DNA of 63,994 bases, filler included, from Jimgerdemannia flammicorona (lineage: Eukaryota), in assembly GCA_003990765.1 (NCBI GenBank). It is 3 parts of 3 records of this genome, joined end to end, with 100 filler letters (N's around TTAATTAATTAA, not from the genome) between each part and the next. Parts side by side here need not be neighbours in the genome. Positions count along the whole stretch, not along the records: positions 21,380 to 42,649 come from RBNJ01001489.1; positions 42,750 to 63,994 come from RBNJ01001497.1; 1 more part is not named here. One strand, given 5' to 3'. The notes below the pieces were generated by a model that did not search any database, was not told the origin of the DNA, and worked only from the letters and a program-made list of their open reading frames with translations. Shown one piece after another: positions 37,191 to 48,697 of the stretch (the stretch's first letter is position 1; each line of letters begins with the position of its first letter). The position numbers were made by a program, and so were the translations under genes.

Positions 37191-38349
37191 GGAACCCCCT
37201 TTCTCTGCTACCTTACTGGTCACAATAGTTTGGTAGGCAACCTTCTGAGTCTACTTTCCACAATTATTACCCCCTATACCTCAGGTTGGTTTACTGTACC
37301 TATTGCAGAGCAGTGGGAGGGAGGCAATGGTGATGAGCTGCCCCTTTATCGGTGTCAGATCGGTGTCTTCTCTACTTTTTTGTAGTTTCTGGTGCCTTTG
37401 GCTGCATCTGGAGTGCATCCAATTTGGTGCAGCACCTTCTTCCTTTTGCTGTCACCAACAAGGTACTGTCTCAGTGTGTCTTAGGCTACATAGGGAGTCA
37501 GCTGACCTTGGGCATCAAGTGCTCAGTGTAGGTTACCTGCAGGTCCTTGGTGCCTGTGGTGAGGCCCTCTGACTTTGGTGAGCATCCCGGTGAGCACAGT
37601 TCTGGCATGGGTGACTGCTTTTTGGGTATTGTCGGGATGAGAGGGGAGATGGCTGTCACAGATAAGAGAAAGGGTGATAACAGTGAACCAGTAGGATGCC
37701 AGGCTGGGGGCGATCATCGGGGCTGGAGCAGGTGCTACTTTGGTGGGGCCTTTTGATTAGTGCGGCATGGTTAGGTGGTAGGTGTCACTCTCAGCTTCTT
37801 TTGCCAATTTGGCAGGTTGGGCCCTGGTTGTTAGGGGGGGTTGGGGGGCCTGAGGCTACCCATTTCAGACATCTTGGCTACACTCAACTGGAACTGAGAG
37901 CTGATATGGCAACATGATCAAGGCCTGCAGACTTGAGTAGTGGGGTATTGGGGGTCTCCTCCTGCCTCATGTGTAAGTCCTTTACTCACCTCGACTGGGA
38001 GAACCAGGCCCTGCCTACTATGTTATGCTTTGATGAGGGTTTTTCTTTGTCTGTCATACTCTTTGGGGTGGCAGGGGCTATTCTATTCGGCTCGGGCATG
38101 GCCATGTACATATGTTGGGTTCTCAGGCATGTGCTTTCAGTCATTGGCATATGGCTGAGTTTCCCCTGATGGTAGGGAGAGCATAGTGCTCAGAATGAGG
38201 TGTGGGCTGCCATAGGTCCTGCTGTCGAGCTGCTGGACAATAGCTAATCTAGGTTAATGGGTGGGCAGTGCTTGATGGGTGGTGGGGAAGGGTTTTGGCC
38301 TATATAGTCTAGGTTCCCTTCTAATAAAAATCCGTGGGACATTGAGTCC

Positions 38350-38392
<43 letters not shown>
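37190..38392 (+). mobile_element. Poly(A)-tailed element of unknown class, longer and younger copy
   Basis: Abrupt composition change at ~37190; AATAAA 38323-38328; ~40-nt A-tail; second copy at 5790-6314. Confidence 0.7.
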
Positions 38393-38394
<2 letters not shown>

Positions 38395-38859
38395 AAGTCT
38401 TTTGATTAGTTTAAACCTATCATCATATTTAAATTTAGTATGATCTGGAATTATGAAGTTTAATTTAATACTTTTATAATAATCAGTAATTATTAGATAT
38501 AGATAAAACTAAAGAGTGGTATTATTTTTGTTTTATTCTCTGATATTATTTCATCTTAGTTTAATTACTTAATTCTACTAAAGACCAAACTAAGTATACT
38601 ATTTAGATATTTTTTAAGCAGTTTATTTTCATTTAGTATATAATTAATTTGCTCATAGATTGCTTTATCTTAAATATCAAATAAGTATACTTTACAAGTA
38701 CTAAGATAATATACTTTACTGATCTGTTAATCTGAATAGAGAATATGAATATTTTGAGCTCAGTTATAACTATAGTGAGCAATAGTATCATTACAATATT
38801 GAGTTTTAGCATTTGTTAGTAAATGTTATTCTTTATTTTTTAGCCAACTTTATAATAAT

Positions 38860-39670
38860 TCTAATATATCTAAAGTAGCTCAAAGAGATACTTATAGGTT
38901 TAAGTATTTTTAAAAAAAATTCTAAGAGAGCTTTATTTAAGTAGAGAATAAGAATATTTATATAAAATCTGAAAAAAAGATCTGAAAGAATATCAAAAAA
39001 GAGAAAGACTAAGAAATAGGTTCTTAGCAAAGATAATAAAAGATTCTATAACTAGATACTTAGTACTACTTAGTATCAAGAAAAGACAAAAATATTCCAG
39101 TGATATCTTAATACTAAGAGAAGATTTCTAGGTACTTGAAAAATACTAGAATATAATAGAATATTTAAGAAAAGACAAAAAAAGACTAGCAAAAGATGCA
39201 AAAAAGTATTAAGACTAAAATATATATAATTATAAAATTATTACATCTCTCTCTCTTTAAGAATCAATATTCTTATTGAGTTCTTAGATTATATAAGACT
39301 AAATATACTTCAAACTTATATTAGTATATTGATGAAGACTGGCCATTCTTATATAAGGCAGAGGGTCTATTATTAAACTAATCATCTAAGAGAGATTCAA
39401 ACTCAACTAATAGCTTTATTTTAGTAAACTTCTTATTTACTAGATATTCTGCTGGTTTCTGAATTGCAAAATAAACTTCTAATATATAAGATATTGATTA
39501 TTGCTATAAGTTGTCAACAATTCAAAGAAGTCACTATAGAGATTAGATAATATATTTTACCTTGAAGTCTTGGACTAGGTCCTAGAAGTTCTTGAGATTA
39601 ACTAGTAGTTCCCAGATATTTAGAATAATAGTAGCAGATTCTTTTGTTAAGGATTTTCTCAACTTTATAC
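38860..39670 (-). mobile_element. Highly decayed remnant of a third LTR family (LTR plus PPT and adjoining internal sequence)
   Basis: 38870-39050 resembles 42400-42600; minus-strand purine tract AAAGAGAGAGAGA-TGTAA at ~39241-39258. Confidence 0.4.
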
Positions 39671-39673
39671 TTG

Positions 39674-40070
39674 ATTTTTTTTATTTTTATTTTATTTTAT
39701 TTTATTAATACAGCCATCTATCCCATATATAATACACTAGGTCCACCTCTATCTGATCTCCCTAGGGGCCCCCCCTCCCCCCTACCCTCTCTCAATTAAA
39801 GACTACTAGGCTATTAACTATCTCCATCTGCCCACTACTCTGTCTACAATTTTTTTCCACCAGATAGTAGCAATGCCTACTCTGGGGACCCCATCCAACC
39901 CACCACCCTGTCAGTACATCACCCACCAACTCCTTCTATCTTAACAAACTCTCCTACAAGTCCAGCTACTGTCTCTTCTCAAATACAAAGAGCTAATATC
40001 TGGCCAGTCTGACTCATATAGCTAAAACCCACTCTATAGTGAGCCATTTATTGCCTACTCCTCCTATAGT
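39674..40070 (-). mobile_element. Short 5'-truncated LINE (3' end with degenerate poly(A))
   Basis: T-rich tail then sequence homologous to 21460-21800 and 23560-23690. Confidence 0.75.
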
Positions 40071-40071
40071 T

Positions 40072-40271
40072 AAGTTCACTTACATACAATTCCTTACAAA
40101 GCAATCTAAGAGATAATAATATAGTTTAAAGATAAGAAGTTTGAGGACTATAAGATCTTAGGAAGGTACTTTAATAAGAACTTGCTTATAATAAACTTGA
40201 GTTAGTCTAAGAGATATATATCTTAAAGAGAATCTGATATATTTGAAGAACTCAGCAACCACTATGTGAAA
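40072..40271 (+). repeat. Gypsy B LTR 3'-end remnant
   Basis: Matches 48500-48697; followed by ATAT. Confidence 0.85.
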
Positions 40272-40494
40272 ATATATATAATAATATAAATAAAAATTAG
40301 TTTAAGTATTTTCAATAATACTCAAAAACTTTATATTTTTTATTATTAAAAAAATAAAAAATAATTAAATATATATTTGGCTTTGCTGGATGAAGCTGTC
40401 TTGGGAATATTAATTGATATTTAGGCAGTCACCCTAGATCTGATGGTCACCCAGCCCCATTCAAAGTTAGCTAACTATTTAAATTATAAAACTC

Positions 40495-40735
40495 TAAGCA
40501 GTAATATCAATACTTCTCATCCAATCTGACTATACTATCCAGCTCAAATTCAAGACCTGGTCATCTTTAAAAGTCTCTTCATCACTTATACCAAAAAGTT
40601 TAGATAGTATCCCAAATACTATAGCTTAGACAACTAATACACATTCAATATAATCATTCTCTCTACCAGTGAAATAGACCAGTCACCCCAACTCAGAAAT
40701 ATATTTTTCCACTCTGCTAGCTGCTACATTGATTC
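40495..40735 (-). mobile_element. Internal LINE ORF2 fragment
   Basis: Homologous to 22575-22790 (YWLPKLWYLGYHLDF region). Confidence 0.7.
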
Positions 40736-41502
40736 TTTTTAAGGAGAGAGAAATATAATAGAATTATATTGATAATATACTGTAAGTAGTAATTATATGA
40801 CCTAATAATAATATTATAGATAAGTAATATATATATATAGATGAGATAAGTATTTTAAGCAAAGTATAGAAAATAATATACTGAAACCTCTAAATACTGA
40901 AGCTATAGTAAATATATATATTATTTAACTATATATATTATCTAAGAGGTTATTTATTTTTTAAGCAAATAGACTATTTTGAGTATAAACTGTTTTGAGT
41001 ACAGACAGATCATTTGTCTAAAATACAAATAGTATATTTGTTTACCAAATAAACAGAGTAGTTATATATCAAATTAGTCATATATACTTAGCTAAAATCC
41101 ATGAACTATTACTTAGCTAATATATATAAATACTTCAGCAATTATATTCAAAATAAATTAGCTTTTATTTTTAATTCAGTAAGAGTCTTAGTAAGAATCT
41201 CTAAGTCCTCTACTACTGACTAAACTCCAGAAGTCTGACAAACTTTTATATTAAGCCAAGATAGTATCAAGAATCTCTATTAAGTAGATATAAAGTTCTA
41301 TCTTACTCTAGAGCTAGGTATAAGACCAAGAATACTCTTCTATATATTAGAATTCAGAACTAACCTCTAATAGAAGAAAATTAATAACTATTATAATCTC
41401 AAAATAAATTATGATCATATAATCTAATAAGTAGTATATAAATGATAAATTTATCTATAACTATCAACTTTTATATAGTTAATATGAAATCAATATAGAT
41501 AT

Positions 41503-42349
41503 TATAATATATCTGACTTAATAAAGACAAATTATAAGATTAGAGATTAGTGTAGTTTGGCTTGAACTCTCAGTTACTTTATCAAAAGCAACAAAATATT
41601 CTATATTTCCTGAGGTCCTTGGTATTTAGCAGTATAATAGTCAAAGCTAGATATTTGTAGTCAATTTTCTTATTAAGATAGTTTTTTTTAGATATAGCAG
41701 TAATTTGTATATAATATAGTATATATAATAGTCTAGTAATTTAGTAGTTTTCCTTCTTAAGTAATGGTAATCTCCAAAAGTATATAATTTCTGGCATAAT
41801 AATCTCTGTATAGTATGAGCAGATTTCTTATATAGTATAGTCTGATGATTTGTCAGTTTTCTTATATAATTTAATAAATAACTTAATTTGATAGATAACT
41901 TAATTTAGCAGATAATTCAGTTTTAGTATAGATTCTTCTAAATTGACAGACTCTTTGGGAATATCAGATAACTCAATAACTCAGATAACTCAGATTACAA
42001 GTTATATCAAAGACTGGCTTTATTTGTATAGAGTTATATCAATAAATTGACTCTACTATAAAGTTGTATTAGATAGACTAACTTATGGCAAAGTTTCTTT
42101 TAGCAGACTCTTCTGGAAATAGCAAACTTCTCTTAAAAATAGTAGCTTATTTCTTAAACTCAAATAGTAGTAAAGTTCTTTCTTGAACTTAGTGATCTTC
42201 TCAGGTTCTTCAGGCTTAGCTAGTAAGCAAACTAAGAATAAACTCATTTTTTATATCAGAAAGTGAATCAGAGTTAAAATGTATTCTGAATTTTAGACTG
42301 AGATTTATTCACTCTTATCTCTGGAATATTTTATATAGTTGTGATTACT
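41503..42349 (-). repeat. Gypsy A LTR remnant, interrupted at ~42350
   Basis: Colinear with 11628-12920; preceded by ATAT. Confidence 0.85.
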
Positions 42350-42601
42350 TGTAACAGTTCTAGTTTCTAAATAAGGAAGTGACTAAGTCTGGTGGTCCTA
42401 AGTAGCTCAAAGAGATACTAAGGATTCAAATATTCTCGAAGGATTTCTGAGAGAAAATATTCTGAGACTTTATTCATGAGAACAAAGAGGATATTTATAC
42501 AAGATCTGAAAGAAGGATCCGGAAGGATCTGAGAAATTGAAGGAAAATGCCAAGAGGAAAGTTCTCAGCAAAGATGACAAATGATGACAAATAAAGTTCT
42601 A

Positions 42602-42603
<2 letters not shown>
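42350..42603. repeat. LTR-like fragment of a third family inserted in the A LTR, cut by a poly(T)
   Basis: Starts TGTAACAG; related to 38870-39050. Confidence 0.45.
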
Positions 42604-42649
<46 letters not shown>

Positions 42650-42749
42650 NNNNNNNNNNNNNNNNNNNNNNNNNNNNNNNNNNNNNNNNNNNNTTAATTA
42701 ATTAANNNNNNNNNNNNNNNNNNNNNNNNNNNNNNNNNNNNNNNNNNNN
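42650..42749. other. Assembly gap with artificial six-frame-stop linker
   Basis: N-run containing TTAATTAATTAA at 42694-42705. Confidence 0.97.
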
Positions 42750-42751
42750 AG

Positions 42752-43054
42752 TAGTTTTAGTTATTGGAATTTATATTTAGCTTTATATCTTAGCAACCAT
42801 TGAATTATATTTTGTATAAATACCCCTCTTATTTCCTCTGAAATAAAGTCAGTTCCTCTCAGTGCAATACACACACTTCCTTGCAAGCAATCTAAGAGAT
42901 AACAAGACAGTTAAAGATAAGAAGTTTGAGGACTATAAGACCTTGGGAAGGCACTCCAATAAGAACTTGCTTATAACAAACTTGAGTTAGTCTAAGAGAT
43001 ACACCTTGAAGAGAATCTGGTATATTTGAAGGACTCAGCGACCACTACATGACA
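42752..43054 (+). repeat. Gypsy B LTR 3' part
   Basis: Matches 48400-48697 and 55600-55902; ends CATGACA followed by ATAT. Confidence 0.9.
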
Positions 43055-43129
43055 ATATATATATTTGTATATATATATTATACAGGATATTAACAATATG
43101 TTAATTATATATAATAGCTTCATTTTCCA

Positions 43130-43950
43130 AAATTATTAGTTCAGGAAGTTGCTATAATACCATAATATAAAAGGTGAATGAAGGATGTAGAGCAATATAT
43201 TATGATTAGGTATTATGCCAGCAGTATGTCATTGTACTAATAAAGTGTAATTCTGATGAAGCTAAAGCATTTCTACCTGAGAAATATCAGAGTGAGAGGT
43301 GTAATATGGTTAATAAATATTTACCAGAGCTCATTGGCACAGAATGATATAATATATACCATTGATATTTGGTAAATTTTGGTGCAATATGTGCAGCCTC
43401 TAGTTTTCAGAATCAGGTTCTTGAATATTATTAGCATCTCATACAATCAAACAAGGTACTATTGGAAGCACAGATGAGATTGGCAAATGAGCTCAAAGGG
43501 ATGTATGTTGAGTTGTTACAACATAACCAATAATTGGCAGATAGATTGAAAGATCTTGAGAGTGAGATGAGTCAATCACTACTGGAACTCTTGCAAAACC
43601 AAAAACAAAGTAAAGAGCTTGCAAAGGAGAACATAGTTCTTGGAAAAGAAAACAAAGGTCTACTCAATGATATGTTGGAGTTCATTAAAGAAACAATATG
43701 GCCTATATAGAAAAAGACACTTAAACTAGCTGAGAAGAATCAACAACTGGTAGAGAAAAATAGAAGACTTTCTGAAAAGAATCATAAGCTTACTGAGAAG
43801 CTCCACAACTATATAGAAGAGATGACAAAGGTTGCTGAACAGTTGCACAGTAGCCTTATTGAAATGAAAACCTTGATAGATGAGATATCAAGTAGTGTAA
43901 AGCAGAGTAATGAAAATATCCCCTTTCTCTACTATATTAATAATGAGTAC
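43130..43950 (+). pseudogene. Intronless decayed ORF encoding a coiled-coil protein of unknown family
   Basis: One frame (that of 43822) reads as protein for ~270 codons with scattered TAG/TAA/TGA; heptads LAEKNQQ-LVEKNRR-LSEKNHK-LTEKLHN. Confidence 0.6.
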
Positions 43951-44599
43951 CATTACTTTAAAGATATTTATTTATCTAACTGTTCTATTTACATCATGAA
44001 CTAAATGAAAGTATAGATATTATATACTAATTTATCTATTTGAATAATAAGTACTAACAGGATGACTATAATTATAATTCTGTTATTTATCCTCCTTATG
44101 TTACTAGCAACATGGTCTGAGTAAATATGCTATGCATATATAGCAGGTATTATATACCTTATCTGGATGATAATATAAGAAAATATATACATATATCTAG
44201 TCTGCTATTGTAATGGCTCATGAGTATATAGATATCTGTGAGGCAGTGGTTGCCTATTTATTATCAGTTTGTAGTAGTTGTGTGCTTCTTTACCATTACT
44301 GTTTTGTTATATCAGTTCAGAGTGATTAATATTTATACATAGTTTACTCTGTAATTACTTGTATTATAAATAGCAAAATACAGAACCTCTGATTATATAG
44401 TTAGCCAATAGAAATTTATCTGATAAACAGAGAATCTTGATAGATATTACTTTTTTTTTTTGAGAGAGAGAGAGAGAGAGATAGCAATATGTATATTTGC
44501 AAGATTTAAGAGAGAAACCACTTTATTGAGTGAGAAATGGATTAAATACCCAGTTGGTATTAAATTATTTTGAATTGTACAGACAACTATTCATTACAT

Positions 44600-46060
44600 T
44601 TTTTAAGACAAAATGCAAGCAAGGTAAATACCAATAATATATCATTGCTGATTACTCTTCCTTCTGTAATAGAAGACATTTCTTATCTGATGACTGGTAT
44701 TCAATAATAGCTATAAATATACCCAGAGTGTATACTATATGGCCAATATCTAGAATGTCTGGAGAGGAGTATTTTGGTAGGAAGAGCCCTACAAATAAAT
44801 TACTATTATTATTATTTGTAAGATCAATACATTTGATGGATCTATTACTCTTGCATAAGGTGAGTATTTCAGTCAGCAACTCTGATATCATCTCATTAAT
44901 ATCTGGCAACTGGCTCTCTCTAGAACCAAGGATAAAAGTATTGAGAAAAAAAACTTTAGCATCTGTAATTAAAAAGTGGGAGCCATAAGATAGAGGTCTG
45001 AATCTATTTTGATGTTGGCAAATCTTTCTGGGGGCTTATGATATAATGTCTTAGTTACTTGTATAGTTTGGTAGTATACTAGGCATATCTTTTATTGTAT
45101 CATAATACTTGAACTATTTGTGAAGAATGATTATGAGAATGTTAGAGATAGATAGAGCAGAATATAGAAGGTTCACTAGGATTAAGTGGGTCATTTTTAC
45201 CTTATAGCTTGAAGCTATATCATTCTTTCTTAATGGTCAAGAAATGGTTTACCCAGTTTATCATAGAGTTTTCTTATTTTAACCAAGGTATTCTAAGAAT
45301 AATTCCATTATCTGAGAGTGATACAATTTGGTAGATAATATATACTCAGTAGTCAATAATTCTGAAGAGTAGATTGCAGACTTTCTTACTAATGACATAT
45401 AAGGTTCTATTAGTAGTAGTAACTACTTAGATTTATTATACTGAAGAGATCTGAACTTTAAGTCTGTTGGCTGTTTCTTCATTGATAAAATTGCCATAAA
45501 CTCTGCTGTCTATTATGATTCTAACAGAGACTTAATTAACAAAAGCTTGTAGAATAAGTAGTTGTCAGATTCAATAGTAATAACTATAGTTATAAGTGGC
45601 TTTCTTCTATTAGCTCTTTATTTAGATAATTCATTGATATATGAGAAGTAATTATCAATTATTCAGAAAGAGTATATTTTAATATTATGAGAATATCAGC
45701 CACTAAATACAAATTCTTTTTCTATTTTTTTATAGAATTATTTTTCCTTATTTATAGTTAATTGGGCTAAGGCTTTATTTAATGAGCTAAATTTTTTTAA
45801 ATCTTAGATAGTAGATAGTAGTTCAGGAACTTCCTTGACTATCAGAGTAGACTCAATTTTCTTGAATAGAATCTAGACAATATAATAACTGATAGAGATC
45901 TTAAAGAGTATCTAACTATGATTTCTAATGAGAACAATGATTTTACTTATATAATTCTCTCATTGCTTGCTATGTTATTATTACCTTTTTACTGAAAACA
46001 TCATTGAAAGTATTGTTGAATTCTTGTGTAACCTAAATGTTACCAGAGAAAGGTATCATT
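44600..46060 (-). mobile_element. Decayed 5' UTR and ORF1 of a second LINE family
   Basis: 45985-46060 resembles the LINE 5' termini at 5670-5745 and 31445-31519; RRM-like remnants and a possible decayed CX2CX4HX4C (KCLLLQKEE*SAMIY) at ~44640-44680. Confidence 0.45.
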
Positions 46061-46669
46061 AGTACAGTCTTTATTCCTGATATATTGCTATTAATAAACC
46101 AATAATATAATCAGATCTTATCACTAGGACATAGCAGAAATATATATAAAATAAAGAGTAAATAAACCTCAGTCAGTTTAAGTTTAAAGTAAAAAGAATG
46201 TTTTACTGAGAAACATAATATCTCTAAGAGATGAAATAATTCAAAGAAATAAGATAACTAGAGTAATAATTACTTGAGATTTGAGTTGGAGAATTTTTCT
46301 TGTTATAGAAATTGATACAGACTGTATATTCAAGACAAGATCCAAATATTTAAAGACTACAGAAATAGCCAGTATACTTAATTATATAAGATCCAAAAGA
46401 ACCACTAAGAACCTAACAGGAAACTCAAGAATAATATATAATACAAGTGACTATTCATCATTGACTTTGATAATGCAAATGACTTTTCAATATATAATTC
46501 AAATAACCTGATCACATGACCATTAACTTAGAGATGTGACTTTTTAACTCAGAGATACAGAGTATACTTCACAAGTGGTACATTGAGTCATACTTAAAGC
46601 AATTAGACATATAAAATATATACCATAATATATTATATAATTAAAATATATTTATTAAAAATAAAGTAA

Positions 46670-46910
46670 ATCTTTCAGTAAAAAATCATACTTTATATTG
46701 AAACTTTGAAGCTAGTCACATGATGTAAACTTTTTTTTAAACACAATTATATTTTCTATCTTTATAATAAAAGATCATACTTTATATTAAAACTTTGAAA
46801 ATAGTCATATAATATAACCTTTTTTTTATTTTGATAAAATAGTATTTTCTATCTTTATAATAAAAAATTACACTTTATATTGAAACTTTAAAATTAGTCA
46901 GATGATATTA
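46670..46910. repeat. Three tandem ~90-bp AT-rich units
   Basis: ATCATACTTTATATTGAAACTTTGAA...TAGTCA-like core recurs at 46685, 46774 and 46867. Confidence 0.8.
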
Positions 46911-47118
46911 ATAAGAAGTTAAGTGAAGACTAAATAGTTTGTCTAATTCTTAAAATATCTTTCAATAAGATATATAATAGTGAGATTGCTCAATTTTATA
47001 GATAATGATAAAATATTTAAGCTAATATGATTTGAGTATCTTTAATAATATAAATAAATATATATTCTACTTTATCTTATTTTTAAGTAAAGACTACTCC
47101 TAGTTCTACTATATATAT

Positions 47119-48697
47119 TGTAATAGTGACTCCAGAATGATGATATCAGCATAGGAGACAGCCTTTCCTTGCAAGCTACCAGATTGAAGTACAAGAAAGA
47201 TCATATAGCATACAAGATGAGCAATGATGACCAACTGTGAGTCATTGTGACCACAGTATGGATATCTTGAGGAATATAAAAGAAGGATCAAAGAACTACA
47301 GTAGTTACAACTAATAAGACCCACTAATCTCAAAATAGCTCAAAGACTTACCACAAACAAAATACCTATTGCTCACCAAACCTCAAGATCAAGAAACCAC
47401 TAAGGCATCTCAGTTGAAGAAAGGATGTTCCAAGATATCAGAAGAGCCAAGGACCTACTCAAGAAGGACTCCTAGAATCAACCTGGGTACTGGTGACCCT
47501 TATCATTATATTCTCTACTATTGTGAAATGGAAACAAGAATTACCATTACTACTGAATGCCTCCAAATGTGGCAGGAGTATGAAATAGGAAACCTCCTCT
47601 GCCAGGAGTTCCCACAGGCTAGCACTCAAGAGCTATAAGATGCCACTTCTATGAATATACATGAAACAAGGATAGCTAAGAAGATCCATCAGATCTTCAG
47701 GCATACACTATGATCAATCCCCAACTTGGAGTATATTAGAGTCTCAGATTTCAGAGATCTGTCAGCCAGCTATATTAATGCACTAGAAGCCAGGGTAGCT
47801 ACAGAAACCCAGTCCACTATCACTCTCGACAATGATGAAGTAGAAGACTTCTGGTATTCCATCCTCCAGGACAACCCAGATCAATTTTTACAAGGATTGA
47901 TCTCAGTATTCCAAGGCCCAAGCATCCAGATTAGACCTCTTCAAGACCCCACATTTGTTCTCTATTTTGTAGAAGAGAACCTTATAGACTGAAGAGCCCC
48001 AGATCTCCTTGTTCCTACTGCCACTGCCACCAAACATGATGATGTCATCAGCAATAACATCATCCCATATGACATACACAAGATGCACAACATACACAAA
48101 GCATGTGAAATATGCAAAATATACAACCTATGTGACAATGATGAATTTGCAGACCTCATCTCCTTCAAAGATATCCTGATCTCTAATAAGGATGAAGTCC
48201 CTATGGTCTTGAACATTCTGCTCTAAAAAAAAGTCCTTTGGTTACACTGAATAATACCAGCACTGGTATTCTGATATGATACCAAATAATGCCAGCACTG
48301 GCATTCTGAGGTAATACTGAATTATACCAGCATCCTAAACCTATACAATCATCAGTACCAACCTTGGAACTTAGCAGTTTTTCCTGTCCTGGCATTTTAT
48401 TTTAGTTATTGGAATTTATATTTAGCTTTATATCTTAACAACTATTGAATTATATTTTGTATAAATACCCCTCTTATTTCCTTTAAAATAAAGTCAGTTC
48501 TGGTTCACTTACATACAATTTCTTGCAAGCAATCTAAGAGATAACAAGACAGTTTAAAGATAAGAAGTTTGAGGACTATAAGATCTTGGGAAGGCACTCC
48601 AATAAGAACTTGCTTATAACAAACTTGAGTTAGTCTAAGAGATACACCTTGAAGAGAATCTGACATATTTGAAGGACTCGGTGACTACTACATGACT
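47119..48697 (+). repeat. Gypsy B 5' LTR (long U3, TATA-like box at ~48459)
   Basis: Direct repeat of 54366-55902. Confidence 0.92.
47369..48226 (+). pseudogene. Relic ORF inside the Gypsy B LTR (U3), unknown product
   Basis: ~285 codons in one frame with only three internal stops (TAA 47636, TGA 47711, TGA 47990); the TAA is CAA in the 3' LTR. Confidence 0.6.

Noticed and set aside
44455..44482. T-run plus (GA)n
   Set aside because: Ordinary microsatellite
46130..46620. Possible solo LTR of another family (TATA...AATAAACCTCAGTC at ~46143-46175)
   Set aside because: Only the short module matches; termini and TSD could not be defined
48064..48140. Apparent Cys/His metal-binding repeat (CDICK/HDICK) in the LTR ORF
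   Set aside because: The same positions vary among TGT, TAT, CAC, CAT and TGC between the two LTRs, pointing to CpG-decayed Arg codons (RDIRKx repeats)
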